Assembly (NCBI GenBank): GCA_965277715.1
Contig: OZ255836.1
Span: forward strand, 2,368,001 to 2,432,000
Source: Gammaproteobacteria bacterium
GTDB taxonomy: Bacteria > Pseudomonadota > Gammaproteobacteria > JBCCGL01
Length of the DNA stretch: 64,000 nucleotides
Direction: 5' to 3'
Of the stretch, positions 10,390-20,955 are shown in pieces; the stretch's first letter is position 1, and each line of letters starts with the position of its first letter. A model generated the notes under the pieces. The model searched no databases, was not told where the DNA came from, and saw only the letters and a program-made list of their open reading frames with translations. The position numbers and the translations under genes are program-made.

Positions 10390-11886
10390 CTACGCTTTAG
10401 GAACTGTCAGTGCAATAAAATGCGGGGCGTTATTGCGCAGCACCAATACGGGCAGGGCGTGCTCTCTCGGGGCACTCTCGACCAGTTGATCAAGCTGCTG
10501 GGACGACTGCACATCGGCCTTGTTAAACGACACGATAATATCGCCACGGCGAATACCCGCTTTAGCCGCCGGGCTGTTGGCAGCTACATCGGCAGCACGC
10601 ACGCCGTGGGGAATATCAAACTTTTTGCGTTCCTGCTCACTTAAGTCTGCCGCCTTGACGCCCAATACCGAAGGCGCTGTCGGTTTTTGTGCCGCCGTTT
10701 TAACGGTTCCCCGATCCTGTTGCAGCTCGCGCACAGTGACTTGCAAGGTAAGCGGTTCACCATTGCGGATGACCTCAACGCTGGCGGTTTTTCCTGGGTT
10801 GGTGGCACCCACCAATGGCGGTAGTTCTGAGGAGTCACCCACGGATGCACCACCAAATGAAACAATGACATCACCCGTTTGGATACCTGCCTCCTGGGCG
10901 GGGCTGTCAGTGCTCACCTGCGATACCAAGGCGCCTTTAGGGCGATCCAGGCCAAACGATTCGGCCAGGGATTTATCCATATCCTGGATCAACACGCCCA
11001 GCCAACCATAACTGGCGTAACCCTTGGCTTTGAGTTGCTCGCTGACGTTTTTAACCACGTTGATAGGAATGGCAAACGACAAGCCCATAAAACCGCCCGA
11101 GCGGGTGTAGATTTGCGCATTAACGCCAATGACATTGCCGTCGGTGTCAAACAGCGGGCCGCCAGAGTTGCCTGGGTTTACAGCCGCATCGGTCTGGATA
11201 AACGGCACATAGCTATCACCGCGCAGGCTGCGGGAAACCGCACTGATGATGCCCTGGGTGGCGGTGTATTCAAACCCAAACGGCGAGCCAATGGCGAGCA
11301 CCCACTGCCCCACCTGCAAGTCGTCAGAGTCGCCGAGGCTAACCGCTGTCAGGTCGCTGGCATCGATTTTCAACAGCGCCACATCGGTGCGCTTATCAGC
11401 GCCTACCAGGGTTGCAACAAATTCGCGCCGGTCTTGCAGGCTGACGCGGATCTCCTCTGCACCATCGACGACGTGGGCATTAGTGACCACATAACCATCG
11501 TCGCTCATAATAAAGCCGGAGCCAAAACCCGCACCACCTCTCGGGCCGGGTCGATTCGGCATCTGCTCAAAGAAACGCTTAAACTGTTCCGGTATTTGTT
11601 GCGGCATGGACTGGGATCCGGGGGCCGTTGATGAAGTGGCAACGGTGGGGGCCACGGCGGTAACCCGTACAACGGCTGCGCTTTGTTCCTCGACAAGTTT
11701 CGCGTAGTCCGGCAGCGCTTTTGCGAAAGCCGGGGCAACACTGAGCACGGCCAATGCCAACAGTAAAAACAGTGATAATGTCCCGTTAAAAGATGTGCGC
11801 CCCTGTGTGTCAACACTGCGAGCAGGCGCCGCCTGATGGTGGTTTGTGGTGGTCTGGTCAAATGCAAAAATACGGATTAAGTTCAT
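10390..11886 (-). CDS. DegP/DegQ (Do) family periplasmic serine protease with two PDZ domains
   Basis: GSGFI, TNAHV, DVALLKI, IQTDAAVNPGNSGGPL. Confidence 0.95.
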   Translation of the reverse strand: MNLIRIFAFDQTTTNHHQAAPARSVDTQGRTSFNGTLSLFLLLALAVLSVAPAFAKALPDYAKLVEEQSAAVVRVTAVAPTVATSSTAPGSQSMPQQIPEQFKRFFEQMPNRPGPRGGAGFGSGFIMSDDGYVVTNAHVVDGAEEIRVSLQDRREFVATLVGADKRTDVALLKIDASDLTAVSLGDSDDLQVGQWVLAIGSPFGFEYTATQGIISAVSRSLRGDSYVPFIQTDAAVNPGNSGGPLFDTDGNVIGVNAQIYTRSGGFMGLSFAIPINVVKNVSEQLKAKGYASYGWLGVLIQDMDKSLAESFGLDRPKGALVSQVSTDSPAQEAGIQTGDVIVSFGGASVGDSSELPPLVGATNPGKTASVEVIRNGEPLTLQVTVRELQQDRGTVKTAAQKPTAPSVLGVKAADLSEQERKKFDIPHGVRAADVAANSPAAKAGIRRGDIIVSFNKADVQSSQQLDQLVESAPREHALPVLVLRNNAPHFIALTVPKA

Positions 11887-12005
11887 AACGCGTCTCCTGT
11901 GAATGTGTTTTCAGTGTTGCGCCTATGACCTTTCCAAAGCCTTTCCGCTGCATTACAAACCAGTCATATGATTTATTCAGTACAGACACTATTATTGTCA
12001 ACACT

Positions 12006-12683
12006 ATGAGATTACTAATTGTTGAAGACGACAGAGAAACCGCCAGTTACCTGGTTAAAGGGTTAACTGAATGTGGCCACGTGATCGACCATGCAGGCGA
12101 CGGCGATACCGGCCTGGATTACGCACTGGTCAATGCGTATGACGTACTGGTCATCGATCGCATGTTACCCAGGCGGGACGGCTTATCGATTATCGCCGAA
12201 CTGCGCAAAAGCGGTAACAGTACACCGGTGTTGATTCTCAGCGCGCTGGATGCCGTCGATGAACGTGTCGAGGGGCTAGCTGCCGGTGGCGATGATTACC
12301 TGACCAAACCCTATGCGCTCAATGAGTTAATTGCGCGCCTCGAAGCGCTGGTGCGGCGCGCTCACCCAGAGCATGCCTCAACCCTGTTACACGTGGGTGG
12401 TTTGAAGCTCGATTTGTTAAAGCGCAAGGTAAAACGCGACGGTGTGCGGATTAACTTACAGCCGCGTGAGTTCAGGTTGCTCGAATATTTGATGCGCCAC
12501 GCCGGCCAGGTGGTCACCCGCACCATGCTGCTGGAGAATGTCTGGGACTATCACTTTGACCCGCAAACGAATGTGATCGATGTGCAGATCAGCAGGCTGC
12601 GCAGCAAGATAGATAAGGACTTTGAACACTCGATGCTGCATACGGTGCGCGGTGCCGGTTACCGCCTGAATGCGGTGGAGTGA
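12006..12683 (+). CDS. OmpR-family response regulator
   Basis: MRLLIVEDD, DRMLP, DDYLTKP, wHTH ending TVRGAGY. Confidence 0.95.
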   Translation: MRLLIVEDDRETASYLVKGLTECGHVIDHAGDGDTGLDYALVNAYDVLVIDRMLPRRDGLSIIAELRKSGNSTPVLILSALDAVDERVEGLAAGGDDYLTKPYALNELIARLEALVRRAHPEHASTLLHVGGLKLDLLKRKVKRDGVRINLQPREFRLLEYLMRHAGQVVTRTMLLENVWDYHFDPQTNVIDVQISRLRSKIDKDFEHSMLHTVRGAGYRLNAVE

Positions 12684-12784
12684 AGTCACCACCACACGCT
12701 ATCTGTTCCCACTGTCTGTCTGCCAGGCCGTTGGCTAATACGGCTTACTCTGCCTCTGCCGCGCACATGATGTAAGCTAATACT

Positions 12785-14164
12785 ATGCGCCGGATCAGCC
12801 TATTTCGTACCACCGCCCTGCGTTTGACGTTGGTACATGCCACGCTGTTCAGTCTGCTGACGGCCGCCACGCTGGGTTATATCTATTGGTCGACGCGTGA
12901 CCAGATCGAATCACAGGTCGATACACGGTTGCGCCTGGAATCCGATGTGTTGATCAACCTGTACAAATCCGGCGCCCTGCCGGAGTTGATGAACGCCCTG
13001 CAAAAACGCAATCAAATCGATCAGTACGGGCGCTTTTACTATCTATCCAGTGCGGAAAAAGGCCCCCTGACCGGCCCTTCCGGCTGGCCGTTGCGGATCA
13101 ACACGATTCGCACCCACTCAACCGTGCGCCTGGCGGATGTCATCGATTTACCGGCTGACAGTCAGCGTGCCGATTTGCCGGTGCGGGTAGCGGAAACCCA
13201 ACTGGCTGATGGCTTGAAATTATTTATCGGTCACGAGATTACTGATGAGCAGGCACTGCTTGAGCACACTTTTTTGCTGGTAGTGAGCGCTTCAACCCTA
13301 ACGCTGTTATTCGCCTTGATCGGTGGTGTCGCGGTTGCGTATAACGTGCTTCGCCGGGTCGACTCGGTGAGCCGCACCACCAATGAAATTATGGACGGCG
13401 ACCTGACCCAGCGCGTACCGATCACCGGCCGTTACGATGAATTTGATGCTCTGGCCAAACGCATTAACGATATGCTGGATCGTATCGAGCAACTGATGCG
13501 CAGCATGCAACAGGTCACCAGCAATGTTGCCCACGATCTGCGCAGCCCACTTAACCGCCTGCGCAATCGCCTGGAAGTCACCCTGCTCGAACAGCGCGAT
13601 GACGAGGAATACCGCCGCATTATGCAACAGTCTATCGAGGAGGCCGATGGGCTGATCAATACGTTTAACGCGCTGCTCAGTATTGCCAAGCTGCAATCTG
13701 GCATTGATAGAAGCCAGTGGAAAACGGTGCACCTGGGTGAGTTGGCAGAAGAGCTGGCAGAGCTTTATCTGCCGGTTGCCGAGGAGTGTGGTATCCATTT
13801 CACCTGCAACATACATAGCAACCCGGCGATAACCGCCAACCGGCACCTGGTGGCCCAGGCGTTGACTAACTTATTGGACAACGCGATTAAGTACGCCGGG
13901 ACAGGCAGCCGTATTGTGATTTCGGTCAACGATTCGCCAACGGGCGCGAGCCTGTCCATTGCCGATAGTGGGCCGGGGATTCCCCCCACTGAACGCCAGC
14001 GCGTATTGCAACAATTTGTGCGCCTTGAAACCGAGCGCAACACCCCTGGAAATGGCTTGGGTCTGAGCCTGGTTAAGGCGATTTGTCAGTTTCATGGGGC
14101 GGTGCTGGCGCTCGATGACAATGCGCCGGGGTTGATTGCCACCATTCAGTTCAACCCAACTTAG
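12785..14164 (+). CDS. Sensor histidine kinase (HAMP, HisKA, HATPase)
   Basis: Two TMs, AHDLRSPL, NLLDNAIKY, DSGPGI, GLGLS. Confidence 0.95.
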   Translation: MRRISLFRTTALRLTLVHATLFSLLTAATLGYIYWSTRDQIESQVDTRLRLESDVLINLYKSGALPELMNALQKRNQIDQYGRFYYLSSAEKGPLTGPSGWPLRINTIRTHSTVRLADVIDLPADSQRADLPVRVAETQLADGLKLFIGHEITDEQALLEHTFLLVVSASTLTLLFALIGGVAVAYNVLRRVDSVSRTTNEIMDGDLTQRVPITGRYDEFDALAKRINDMLDRIEQLMRSMQQVTSNVAHDLRSPLNRLRNRLEVTLLEQRDDEEYRRIMQQSIEEADGLINTFNALLSIAKLQSGIDRSQWKTVHLGELAEELAELYLPVAEECGIHFTCNIHSNPAITANRHLVAQALTNLLDNAIKYAGTGSRIVISVNDSPTGASLSIADSGPGIPPTERQRVLQQFVRLETERNTPGNGLGLSLVKAICQFHGAVLALDDNAPGLIATIQFNPT

Positions 14165-14203
14165 TGCCCTGGCCCCTCAAATGCCAGGCACTCTGTGCCC
14201 TTT

Positions 14204-15577
14204 TCAGCTACGCGACTTGCCTGTCTCAATCCCCAGGCTACGCAGCTTGCGGTATAAATGAGTACGCTCCATGCCCACCCGTTTCGACAGTTCCCCCATG
14301 CTGCCGTCGGCGGCTTCAAGCTGTTGCACTAAATAACTGCGCTCAAACTCAGCCCGCGCTTCACGTAGCGACAGGTTCAGCGGAATAGCGATCAGCCCCG
14401 GCGTGCCATGCTTGTTTGCCGGTTGGTCACGCAGGACACTTTCAACTTCTTCAAGCTCAATTTCAACGCCACTGCCCATCACCAATAGCTGCTGTACCCG
14501 GTTTTTTAACTCGCGGATATTGCCCGGCCAGGTGTAATTGCGCAGGCGGTTTTGCGCGGCAACGGTAAAGTGACGATAGGGCAGGCTCTCCTGGTCGACA
14601 AGCCAATCGACGTAGTATTCAAGCAGCGCGGGAATATCCTCCGGGTGTTCGCGCAGGCCCAGCGTGTGCACCGGTATAACATTGAGCGTGTAATACAAAT
14701 CCTCATTGAATTCGCCATTCACCAGCAGGCGTTGCAGATCAACCGTTGAAGAGGCCATGAGACGCACATCCAGAGGCAGCGTGCGCATACTCCCGACACG
14801 CGAAAACCGCTTTGCCTTTATCGCACTCAACAACAATGACTGTACCTGTACCGATAAATCACCGACCTCGCCGAGGTGCAATACCCCCCCCTGTGCCTGT
14901 TCCAATACCCCCTTGGAGACAGTGCCCGCATGCTCACTGCCAAACAGCTCAACCGTGGCGTTTTTCTCATCCAGCATATCGCAACGCAGGCTGATAAACG
15001 GCTTGGCTGCCCGCTCACTGTTTTGGTGGATATGGTGCAATATCAAGGTTTTACCTGATGCCGCCTCACCACTCACCAACACGTTGACATCGGTCTTACT
15101 GAGTTTATCGATCTGCTGGCGCAGGCTGTCGATATACACACTGCGCCCGATCAGCGCATTGGCTTTGCCCGGCACTGATTCATCGACGGCGTATTGTGTG
15201 TTGTTGCGGGTACTGGCGAGCGCCTTCTCGACAACCATCAACAATTTAGCCAGCGATAGCGGCTTTTCAACAAAATCATAAGCACCCAGGCGCGTCGCTT
15301 CAACAGCGGTTTCGACCGTGCCATGCCCGGACATCATCACCACAGGAAATGACAATTCCCGCCGGTTGCGCCAATCCTTAAGCAGCGAAATACCGTCTTC
15401 ACCCGGCATCCAGATATCCAATAACATCAAGTCCGGTGTTTGCTCGGCTTTGCTGGCGCGGGCGCTGCGGGCGCTATCGGCCACCTTGACCAGATAACCT
15501 TCGTCCTCAAGGATTTCCTTGACCAGATCGCGAATGCCCGGCTCATCATCCACCACCAGAATATACGGTGCTCTCAT
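14204..15577 (-). CDS. ntrX: NtrX-like response regulator (REC, AAA+, Fis HTH)
   Basis: DIWMPG receiver, degenerate Walker A and no GAFTGA, WPGNIREL, ERTHLYRKL; follows an ntrY-like kinase. Confidence 0.8.
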   Translation of the reverse strand: MRAPYILVVDDEPGIRDLVKEILEDEGYLVKVADSARSARASKAEQTPDLMLLDIWMPGEDGISLLKDWRNRRELSFPVVMMSGHGTVETAVEATRLGAYDFVEKPLSLAKLLMVVEKALASTRNNTQYAVDESVPGKANALIGRSVYIDSLRQQIDKLSKTDVNVLVSGEAASGKTLILHHIHQNSERAAKPFISLRCDMLDEKNATVELFGSEHAGTVSKGVLEQAQGGVLHLGEVGDLSVQVQSLLLSAIKAKRFSRVGSMRTLPLDVRLMASSTVDLQRLLVNGEFNEDLYYTLNVIPVHTLGLREHPEDIPALLEYYVDWLVDQESLPYRHFTVAAQNRLRNYTWPGNIRELKNRVQQLLVMGSGVEIELEEVESVLRDQPANKHGTPGLIAIPLNLSLREARAEFERSYLVQQLEAADGSMGELSKRVGMERTHLYRKLRSLGIETGKSRS

Positions 15578-17766
15578 GCGCTATCACCTTGTTGTTGTGC
15601 AGACGCCACTGGCAATCTCACACGAATACGCGCCCCACCAGATGGGCTATTACCCGCCGAGACACTGCCGCCGTGCTCTTCTACTATCTTTTTTACAATC
15701 GCCAGCCCCAGCCCGCTGCCTTTGGGTTTGGAGGTAACATAAGGTTCAAACAAACGATCGAGTGCCTCAGAGGGCAGGCCGGGGCCTGCATCTTCCACGG
15801 TCAATTCGACGAACTGGCCGCGCCGTGCTGAAAACAGCCGTGTCTGTAGCAATACCGAGGCGACATTGACCTGGCTCTGTGCCTCGATCGCGTTTTTAAT
15901 CAGATTGTGCAGCAACTGGCGCAGACGCGAGCCATCGGCCATCACCATCGGCAATTGCTGATCGAGATCCAGATTCAACGCCAGGGTGGTATCCAGCCCA
16001 TAGTACAATTCGGCGGTCTCGCTCACCAACTGATTCACCGACAAGGCCTGAAAATCCGCCGTAGGGGTATTGGCATAATCGGCAAATGCCTTGACCATTG
16101 ATTTCATCGACTCGACCTGCTGCACAATAGTGTGCGTCGAACGATCCAGTATATCGGCGTCCGCCTGATCCATGGTGTGTTGCATCTTTTCCAGTAGTTT
16201 GTGGCGCATGCGTTCAGCGGACAGTTGAATAGGGGTTAGCGGGTTTTTAATTTCGTGTGCCAGGCGGCGCGCCACCTCACTCCAGGCGGCTTCGCGCTGG
16301 GCGCTGACCATCGTGGTCACATCGTCAAAAACCAGTACATACCCCGAATCGATACCCTCGTGCTCACCAATCTTTGCCCCACGGCAGACAATTATCTTGC
16401 GCCCGTCGACACCAGACAGTTCAAACTCTGCACTCCATTCATCCCCCCCCCTATCGAGGTAGGGAAGCAAAATCGTGCCAAACTGCTGCTGTAACTCGTG
16501 CTCTGCATCAACAGCCCCAAAGGCACTATTGCCCAATAGCGCCGATGTCGTTTCCAGAATGGTGGCGGCGGCCTCGTTGGCGGTGTGTATCACACGGTCA
16601 TTGCCCACCGTTACCACACCGGTAGAAATCCGCGCCAATACCGCTTCGAGATAGGCGTGCTGGCTTTCCACCTGCATTTGGCTGGTTTCCGCTGCATCCC
16701 GTGCGCGGGATATGCGCATGGTCATATCGTTAAATGAGCGCACCAGAAAACCCAATTCGTCCTCACCCGGATTGGGCAGGCGCGTCGAATAGTCACCTTT
16801 GGCGACGGCGTGCGTGCCCTCGACCAAATGATGGATCGGCAACATTAAACGCCGGGCGGCGTAAAATGCAAACCACACCGCCACCAATGCACTCAACATC
16901 AATACCAACGACAAAGTCAGCATATAACTGACCTTGAGTGGCTCGCGCAAAATCACCAGCTGGCGGTAGTTTTGATAGGTTTCCTCGACGCTCCCGGCGA
17001 GCGTGCCAAGGTCTTCAGACAAGGGAAACAGGCCCTGCAACAGGTGGTTGGCAACGGTGGGGTCAGAGGCCAGAACAGGCACGAGAATCCGCGCAAAAAA
17101 ATTGCCGTCACCGATTGTGTCCACCGAGACATACTGGCCTGTTTCACGCACCGTCGACACCAACTCCTCGCCGGGCAGGTGAGACATCACATCGCCAAAC
17201 GCACCGCCCCGCGAGGCCAGAATTTCACCGTCTGAAGACATCAACAACCACTCGACACTGGTATCGCCATCGTCGGCGTTGGTCAGCACCAACACCGCTT
17301 CATCTACGGAGGTATCGGCCAGTTGTTCCGCCACCGAGCGGGCCGACTGTTGCAGCGTGCGCATCTGTAAACTGATCGAATCGCGGCTTAGCTGGGTCGA
17401 TTGATCCAGCGCCTGCTCGACCTCATTATTAAACCAACTGTCGATCCCGGAGCGCAAAAAATTGATCGAGAAAGAATACACAATGCCCACCGGCACCAGC
17501 GCGATCACCACCAGCATAATCACCAGCTTTACCGTCAACTGCGAGCCGGCCTCACGCTGGCGAAACTGGCGCAGCAATTGCCGCGCATTAATGGAAATCA
17601 ACACCAGAATAAACAACACACCGAGCGCATTCAGCACCAGCAACCAACGGTAGTAGCGTTCAAATGTCTCTGGATCCTGGGCGGTATCACCGAGTACATA
17701 CAGCGACAGCAGCAGTAACAGAAAAAGAATCAATATGGGTAACACGCCGTTGGCCAAACGCTGCAT
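15574..17766 (-). CDS. ntrY: NtrY-like sensor histidine kinase
   Basis: TMs, GIDSWF, HAMP, PAS, WSEVARRLAHEIKNPLTPIQLSAER. Confidence 0.85.
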   Translation of the reverse strand: MQRLANGVLPILILFLLLLLSLYVLGDTAQDPETFERYYRWLLVLNALGVLFILVLISINARQLLRQFRQREAGSQLTVKLVIMLVVIALVPVGIVYSFSINFLRSGIDSWFNNEVEQALDQSTQLSRDSISLQMRTLQQSARSVAEQLADTSVDEAVLVLTNADDGDTSVEWLLMSSDGEILASRGGAFGDVMSHLPGEELVSTVRETGQYVSVDTIGDGNFFARILVPVLASDPTVANHLLQGLFPLSEDLGTLAGSVEETYQNYRQLVILREPLKVSYMLTLSLVLMLSALVAVWFAFYAARRLMLPIHHLVEGTHAVAKGDYSTRLPNPGEDELGFLVRSFNDMTMRISRARDAAETSQMQVESQHAYLEAVLARISTGVVTVGNDRVIHTANEAAATILETTSALLGNSAFGAVDAEHELQQQFGTILLPYLDRGGDEWSAEFELSGVDGRKIIVCRGAKIGEHEGIDSGYVLVFDDVTTMVSAQREAAWSEVARRLAHEIKNPLTPIQLSAERMRHKLLEKMQHTMDQADADILDRSTHTIVQQVESMKSMVKAFADYANTPTADFQALSVNQLVSETAELYYGLDTTLALNLDLDQQLPMVMADGSRLRQLLHNLIKNAIEAQSQVNVASVLLQTRLFSARRGQFVELTVEDAGPGLPSEALDRLFEPYVTSKPKGSGLGLAIVKKIVEEHGGSVSAGNSPSGGARIRVRLPVASAQQQGDSA

Positions 17767-18060
17767 CAGCAACGCACTCCAACGCAGAGGAGGATAAGGG
17801 GGAGTCGATACCCGCACGGTGTATACCATCAGTGTTGATAAACGGTGCAATGTAACATAATCGCGGGTCAAAGCGGCCCAATCTGGCTGTTCATTGGCAG
17901 CTTATATCCGCAGTGTTTTGCAGGAAGTGTCTGTGTCGGGCAATGTTCAGACTATTAATAACCTGGATTTAGCTGATCAGTATTTTGGACTCAAAGGGCG
18001 CTACGCTGGCACTACCAGAGCGAGGTTCAAAGCGTGAAGTGGCAAGCTTTGATTGATGAT

Positions 18061-18080
18061 CCTAAATTCCGCAGTTGAAT
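18061..18080. repeat. Isolated MITE family A terminal repeat overlapping the fmt stop codon
   Basis: CCTAAATTCCGCAGTTGAAT is identical to the TIR at 34312. Confidence 0.75.
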
Positions 18081-19009
18081 TGTTCACCCAGCATAGGGTG
18101 GGCGTTGACAAATGGCCCCGCGTCCAGTGGCTTACCACCGGGCAGTTGCACCTGCAACAACCGCAGCAACCCATCACCGGTTACCACATCGATACCCTTT
18201 TTATCCGCATTGACGATATCACCGGGCCGCCCCGTTGCACGGCCACCGGGCAGTGTCGATGCCCAAATGCGCAGGCGCTGGCCCCGCCAGGTGGTTTCAG
18301 CGACCGGCCAGGGCACGAAGGCGCACACCTGCCGGTGCAGGTGCGTGGCGGGGTGCGACCAATCGATAGGCGCTTCCCGCTTGTGCAGTTTCTCTGCGTA
18401 AACGGCGGCATGGTTATCCTGCGCTACGGGCTTCAAGCCACCTGACTGCACGCTTGCCAATACCGGCATGAGCGCCTCAGCCCCCATTGTGGCCAGGCGG
18501 TCATGCAGTGTTTGCGCGGTATCACCCAGGTCAATAGGGCACGCCGCGCTGTGCAGCATAGCGCCTGTATCAAGCCCCGCATCCATTTGCATAATCGTGA
18601 CACCGGTTTCAGTATCACCCGCCAATAATGCGCGCTGGATAGGGGCGGCACCGCGCCAACGCGGCAACAGTGAGGCATGGATATTCAGGCACCCATAAAT
18701 CGGCGTGGTGAGTACGGCTGGCGGCAAAATCAATCCGTAGGCGACGACGACCATCAGGTCAGCATTGAGATCGGCCAACTCGGCTTGGGCGTGTGTATCG
18801 CGCAGTGAAACAGGCTGAAACACCGGGCAACCGGTGGCTTGTGCACACTGCTTGACCGGGCTGGGGGTCAACTTACGCCCCCGACCAGCGGGTCGGTCCG
18901 GCTGGGTGTAAACCGCACACACCTGATGCCTTGAGTGCAGTAAAGCCTGCAAAGTGGGCACCGCAAAATCGGGGGTGCCCGCAAAAATAATGCGTAGAGG
19001 GTCGGCCAT
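18062..19009 (-). CDS. fmt: Methionyl-tRNA formyltransferase
   Basis: FAGTPDFA, TQPDRPAGRG, NIHASLLPRWRGAAPIQ. Confidence 0.97.
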   Translation of the reverse strand: MADPLRIIFAGTPDFAVPTLQALLHSRHQVCAVYTQPDRPAGRGRKLTPSPVKQCAQATGCPVFQPVSLRDTHAQAELADLNADLMVVVAYGLILPPAVLTTPIYGCLNIHASLLPRWRGAAPIQRALLAGDTETGVTIMQMDAGLDTGAMLHSAACPIDLGDTAQTLHDRLATMGAEALMPVLASVQSGGLKPVAQDNHAAVYAEKLHKREAPIDWSHPATHLHRQVCAFVPWPVAETTWRGQRLRIWASTLPGGRATGRPGDIVNADKKGIDVVTGDGLLRLLQVQLPGGKPLDAGPFVNAHPMLGEQFNCGI

Positions 19010-19039
19010 GGGGTAAATCCGGGTGGAGAGTAATCCGGG

Positions 19040-19540
19040 TTAAGCGTTGCGCTTTTCCTTAAGCAGCTTCTTGCGAATCCGGTCTCGCTTCAGGGTGGAT
19101 AGATAATCGACAAATACTTTGCCATCGAGGTGGTCAATCTCGTGTTGAATACACACCGACAGCAGCTCGTCGGCATCCATCTCAAAGGGCTCGCCGTTGC
19201 GATCCAGCGCCTGTACCCGCACTTTTTCAGCGCGCTGCACCGTTTCAAAATAGCCCGGTATAGAGAGGCACCCCTCCTGCATTTCCCCCTCACCCTCGCG
19301 GTGTAGAATCTGCGGGTTGATAAACACCAGAGGCTGCCCAGCCTCTTCAGAAATATCGATCACCAACAACCGCTTATGCACATTCACCTGGGTGGCGGCG
19401 AGCCCGACGCCAGGTGCGGCATACATGGTTTCAAACATGTCATCAATCAAGGTGCGCAGAGCATCATCCACCTGATCGACGGGGGATGCCACCGTGCGCA
19501 GTCGGCTGTCCGGGTAAACTAATATATCGAGAATGGCCAT
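19040..19540 (-). CDS. def: Peptide deformylase
   Basis: [22 protein letters not shown]. Confidence 0.97.
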   Translation of the reverse strand: MAILDILVYPDSRLRTVASPVDQVDDALRTLIDDMFETMYAAPGVGLAATQVNVHKRLLVIDISEEAGQPLVFINPQILHREGEGEMQEGCLSIPGYFETVQRAEKVRVQALDRNGEPFEMDADELLSVCIQHEIDHLDGKVFVDYLSTLKRDRIRKKLLKEKRNA

Positions 19541-19714
19541 ATACGTAGAGTAAAAATCTAATGTAGAATGAAAAAAAGTGGCGCTAACATTATGATTGTG
19601 CAATACAGTTACACACTGTAAAGGGCTTATTTAACCTGACCCGAATATCTAATAATAAACAGTTGAACAATCTATATAGGCTAAACTTGCTTAAACAATC
19701 ACCTTGTAACTATT

Positions 19715-20899
19715 GTGAATCAAATGACTGTATTGTACACCCTAAACCGGAAAACCCCGCAGCACCGGATTACCGCCCCAGTACTGAGCCTTGCTCTGGT
19801 GTTTTTTTCACTGGGCTGCGCGCAGCAACCAGCAACGCCCCAAACCGCCCCACAGCCTGCACCGGCAAGCGTTAATACAGACACTGAGAGTTCACCCACC
19901 GCAACACCCTCATCGCTCGATGTGGTTGTCGTCGGTGAAGTGGACGATACGGGCGATGGCGATGGCGACAAAAACAGCGATGCCAGGCCACCACCGCTGC
20001 AGATAAAACCATTGGTGGTTAGTGAAAACCCGGGTAGAACGAACCAGGGCAAAACGGACCAGGGTAAAACGAACCCGGGTAAAACGAACCTGGGTAAAAC
20101 GAACCTGGGCAGTGGAGAAGCCCTGACCGAGTCCAGCGGGCAGCAAGACGCCAGACCTACTGTCAAACTAAGACCCCGTTTACGCAGCCTGCCACACAAC
20201 CAGGCGATTCAACTGGTGGCCACCGAAGCCATCAAGCTGTTTACCGACGAACCGCGTGTGCTCGATCAACAAAAAATCGACAGTGCACCGTATATCATTG
20301 GTAGCCTGGATAACCACGTGGCCAGCGCTACCGGTAACACCGTCTATGCACGCGGTATTCTCGATGAAAGCGAACTCTACAGTATCTTCAGGCACGGCAG
20401 AACCCTGAGCAACCCGGATAACGGAAAGGTATTGGGCCAGGAAATGGTCTTTATCGCCGACGCCAAAGTGTTGTCTTACGGTGACCCGTCGACCCTACTC
20501 ATCACCAAAAGCAAACGCGAAACACTCAGCGGTGATGTATTGCTGCCATACAACCGTGACAAATCCAATTACCACTACACCCCCAAAGTACTGGAACAGC
20601 CTGTGCAGGGCACGATTATCTCGTTGTTTAATGCGCTGACACGAGCGGCCCGCAATCAGGTCGTCATTATCAATCGCGGGCAGCGCGATGGTCTGGAGCG
20701 CGGCCATCTGCTAAAACTCGAAAAACGGGGCGAACGGGTGCACGATGTCGTCAGCAAATCGATCAAAAATACACTCACACTGCCAGATATCCGCCTGGGT
20801 ATCGTGATGATTTTCAAAGTCTTTGACCAGGTAAGTTATGGGGTCATCATGGAATCAACCCACACTGTGCAGGTTGGTGATATTGTTACCAACCTTTAA
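19715..20899 (+). CDS. TsaP-like (LysM peptidoglycan-binding family) lipoprotein lacking a recognisable LysM domain
   Basis: def-X-dprA synteny; C-terminal VKLRPR..., APYI, VVIINRG.RDGL..G, FDQVSYG; lipobox-like SLGC. Confidence 0.7.
   Translation: MNQMTVLYTLNRKTPQHRITAPVLSLALVFFSLGCAQQPATPQTAPQPAPASVNTDTESSPTATPSSLDVVVVGEVDDTGDGDGDKNSDARPPPLQIKPLVVSENPGRTNQGKTDQGKTNPGKTNLGKTNLGSGEALTESSGQQDARPTVKLRPRLRSLPHNQAIQLVATEAIKLFTDEPRVLDQQKIDSAPYIIGSLDNHVASATGNTVYARGILDESELYSIFRHGRTLSNPDNGKVLGQEMVFIADAKVLSYGDPSTLLITKSKRETLSGDVLLPYNRDKSNYHYTPKVLEQPVQGTIISLFNALTRAARNQVVIINRGQRDGLERGHLLKLEKRGERVHDVVSKSIKNTLTLPDIRLGIVMIFKVFDQVSYGVIMESTHTVQVGDIVTNL
20027..20110 (+). repeat. In-frame 15-bp tandem repeat (~5.6 copies, GKTN[QPL])
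   Basis: AACCxGGGTAAAACG units. Confidence 0.9.
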
Positions 20900-20955
20900 A
20901 TGACTGTAGGCTAAACCCAGGCTTGCCCCGTTACGCAAAGGAGTGTTATTTAACG

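Noticed and set aside
10520-17881. Many overlapping ORFs on alternate frames and strands
   Set aside because: Shadow ORFs of well-supported GC-rich genes
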